From Octopus sinensis (taxonomy: Eukaryota): DNA of 64,000 nt. Position numbers and translations under genes: made by a program. Within the stretch, counting starts at the first letter, position 1; every line of letters begins with the position of its first letter. The stretch lies in NCBI RefSeq assembly GCF_006345805.1, contig NC_043022.1, positions 6,510,001 to 6,574,000 on the forward strand. The letters run 5' to 3'. This document shows positions 61,947 through 64,000 of the stretch, piece after piece. A model generated the notes under the pieces. That model was not told the origin of the DNA. It made no database searches and was given only the letters and a program-made list of their open reading frames with translations.

Positions 61947-62892
61947 ATAAACATTAGAAACAAGATGAAAAACATAAACTCTGTAAATGATGTTGTTTGG
62001 CCCCTAGATCAATCCTGATCCGACAACACATCAAAGAGGATTCACTTATGACCATCCGAGCTCCTCTTCCTGCTCCCTAATATAAGAGACATGTCCTTCT
62101 TTGTTACATAAGGCAGTAAGACGTAAGTTAAGTGGCGTCTGGCTATTCATTAGTCCTAGCAAATCATCGTCATTTGGTCACGCTTATTGCCTGGATCACC
62201 AAAGGCTTGCTCTCTCCATTCCGTTTGGTCATCCACTGCACATGCTAGATCATCTTGGGAGCACTCAGAGGCCTCACGCACTTGCTTTATGTAAGTTCAA
62301 GGTAGGCTACCAAAATTTGCGTTCCCATGCTTCAATTTACAAAGAAGAATGTCACTGATGACCTCAGCCTTTGCTCTCCACCAATGTCTAGCTGGTCAAA
62401 TGACCACATGTGGACTCTTTCATTGGTTCAAGGTGTGTGTGTGTCCGTGTAAGGCATGGACAACTTCAGTCAATATTGTAAACTTTCGACAGAAGAGAGG
62501 ACACAGCAATCTGCCACAAGGTTAACACCAACTGCTACTTGTTATTTTCAGAGAATGAACTGAAGTGCCTTGCTCAAGGACACAATGTGTGGCATGGCAC
62601 AGGAGCTAAACATGATCTTACTAGAATCATGAGCCCAACACCTAAGACATCCAGATCACATGCCTTCGTAAGTCCTGGGGAACAAGTGAAATAACTATAT
62701 GGGTATATTGTGTACTACCAACTTAGAGATTGTGAGTTCAAATAACTGGAGGATATCTAACTGTACTCACCTCAGCTTAGATTCTATCTGCTAATAGCAT
62801 CAACTGGTTGAAAAGTTGAAATGTGAGGCCTTACTTGAAGAGCATGCTGGTTGCCCACCCCCACCTCTCTCAACACATAAATATATATATCA

Positions 62893-63299
62893 GAATCGAA
62901 ATCGATCAATGGAAATCGATCAATGGAAATTGCAGATGTGTTACCAGTGCCGGTGGCATGTAAGAGAACTTTCCGTTTCGCGACCGTTGCCAGCACCGCC
63001 CCGTTTCGTGTCCGTTGCCAGCCTCGCCTGGCCCTCATGCTGGTGGCACATAAAAAGCACCATCCGTTCGTGGCCGTTTGCCAGCTCTGTCTGGCACCAG
63101 TGCGGGTGGCACGTAAAAAGAACCCACTACACTCACGGAGTGGTTGGCGTTAGGAAGGGCATCCAGCCGTAGAAACACTGCCAGATTTGACTGGGCCTGA
63201 TGAAGCCTTCTGGCTTCACAGACCCCAGTAGAACCGTCCAACCCATGCTAGCATGGAAAATGGACGCTAAATGATGATGATGATGATGATGATGATGAT
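62893..63299 (+). mobile_element. SINE family 3
   Basis: Closely matches 37810-38162. Confidence 0.75.
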
Positions 63300-63665
63300 T
63301 ATTTCTTTACTACCCACAAGGGGCTAAATAATAGAGGGGACAAACAAGGACAGACAAACGGATTAAGTCGATTACATCGACCCCAGTGCGAAACTGGTAC
63401 TTAATTTATCGACCCCGAAAGGATGAAAGGCAAAGTCGACCTCGGCGGAATTTGAACTCAAAACGTAACGCCAGACGAAATACGGCCACGCATTTCGCCC
63501 GGCGTGTTAACGATTCTGCCAGCTCGCCGCCTTTTAATTTATCGACCCCGAAAGGATGAAAGGCAAAGTCGACCTCGGCGGAATTTGAACTCAGAACGTA
63601 ACGCCAGACGAAATACGGCTACGCATTTCGCCCGGCCTGCTAACGTTTCTGCCAGCTCGCTGCCC
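63300..63665 (-). mobile_element. SINE family 2 with duplicated 5' ~130 bp
   Basis: TTAATTTATCGACCCCG...GCCAGCTCGC occurs twice in tandem. Confidence 0.75.
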
Positions 63666-64000
63666 TTAAATATATATATAGATTACACAAGATGTTCAAC
63701 ACGAATGGAGTAACAGCTGGCTGTCTACAGGAAACAATACAAACAAGTAAATAAAAAAATGTACAAACTGAACCCAGCCAAGCGTAAACAATGGTTATAG
63801 GCCCTGCTGTATGGTGAACAGGTTCTGTTTATACATCATTTAGGGTACAATTCTCGTCACGTGCATGCATATATATGTGAATATGTATTGTATGTATTGG
63901 GAGAATAATTTTTATAAGCACTAATGGTTTTTTTCTCATTATGACTAAATTTTCCACTGATGAAAAATTATTTTTGTCTCACCACATCAAGTTTGGTAGC

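Noticed and set aside
2221-63713. Dozens of 60-230-aa ORFs in the supplied track (e.g. ...FLQLDALPNANHS..., ...SFRLPNPLTR..., YIYIYI...)
   Set aside because: They are recurrent translations of SINE families 1-3 and microsatellites, not genes.

Overview
This is eukaryotic, AT-rich, repeat-dense animal DNA. The SINE, MITE and microsatellite content matches what I recall of octopod cephalopod (Octopus) genomes; that assignment is an inference, not a database result. Two conserved multi-exon genes can be built by hand on the minus strand with canonical GT-AG sites and consistent reading phases. TMEM201/Samp1 (Ima1-family inner nuclear membrane protein) has exons 1-5 from 11036 to 141 and continues off the left edge, with an ETS/CRE promoter just upstream. 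NSRP1/CCDC55 (nuclear speckle splicing regulator) has its last six coding exons from 60934 to 42867, its 5' exons lie off the right edge, and its RS-rich tail is much enlarged. Between them is an intact, unrecognised 269-codon Cys/Arg-rich ORF (22563-23372, minus). Most remaining sequence is three SINE families, CR1 and RTE LINE 3' ends, piggyBac-type TTAA MITEs, a non-autonomous Helitron, mariner fragments, microsatellites and TE-derived tandem arrays. The most interesting signal is four loci carrying minimal type I hammerhead ribozyme motifs inside palindromic, Penelope-like remnants. Between them they show all three compensatory versions of the core 3:8 base pair (C:G, U:A, G:C), and each has a palindromic helix III. 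Two are sense within host introns and one palindrome sits in the predicted 3' region of the orphan ORF. Almost all short ORFs in the supplied track are repeat artefacts.
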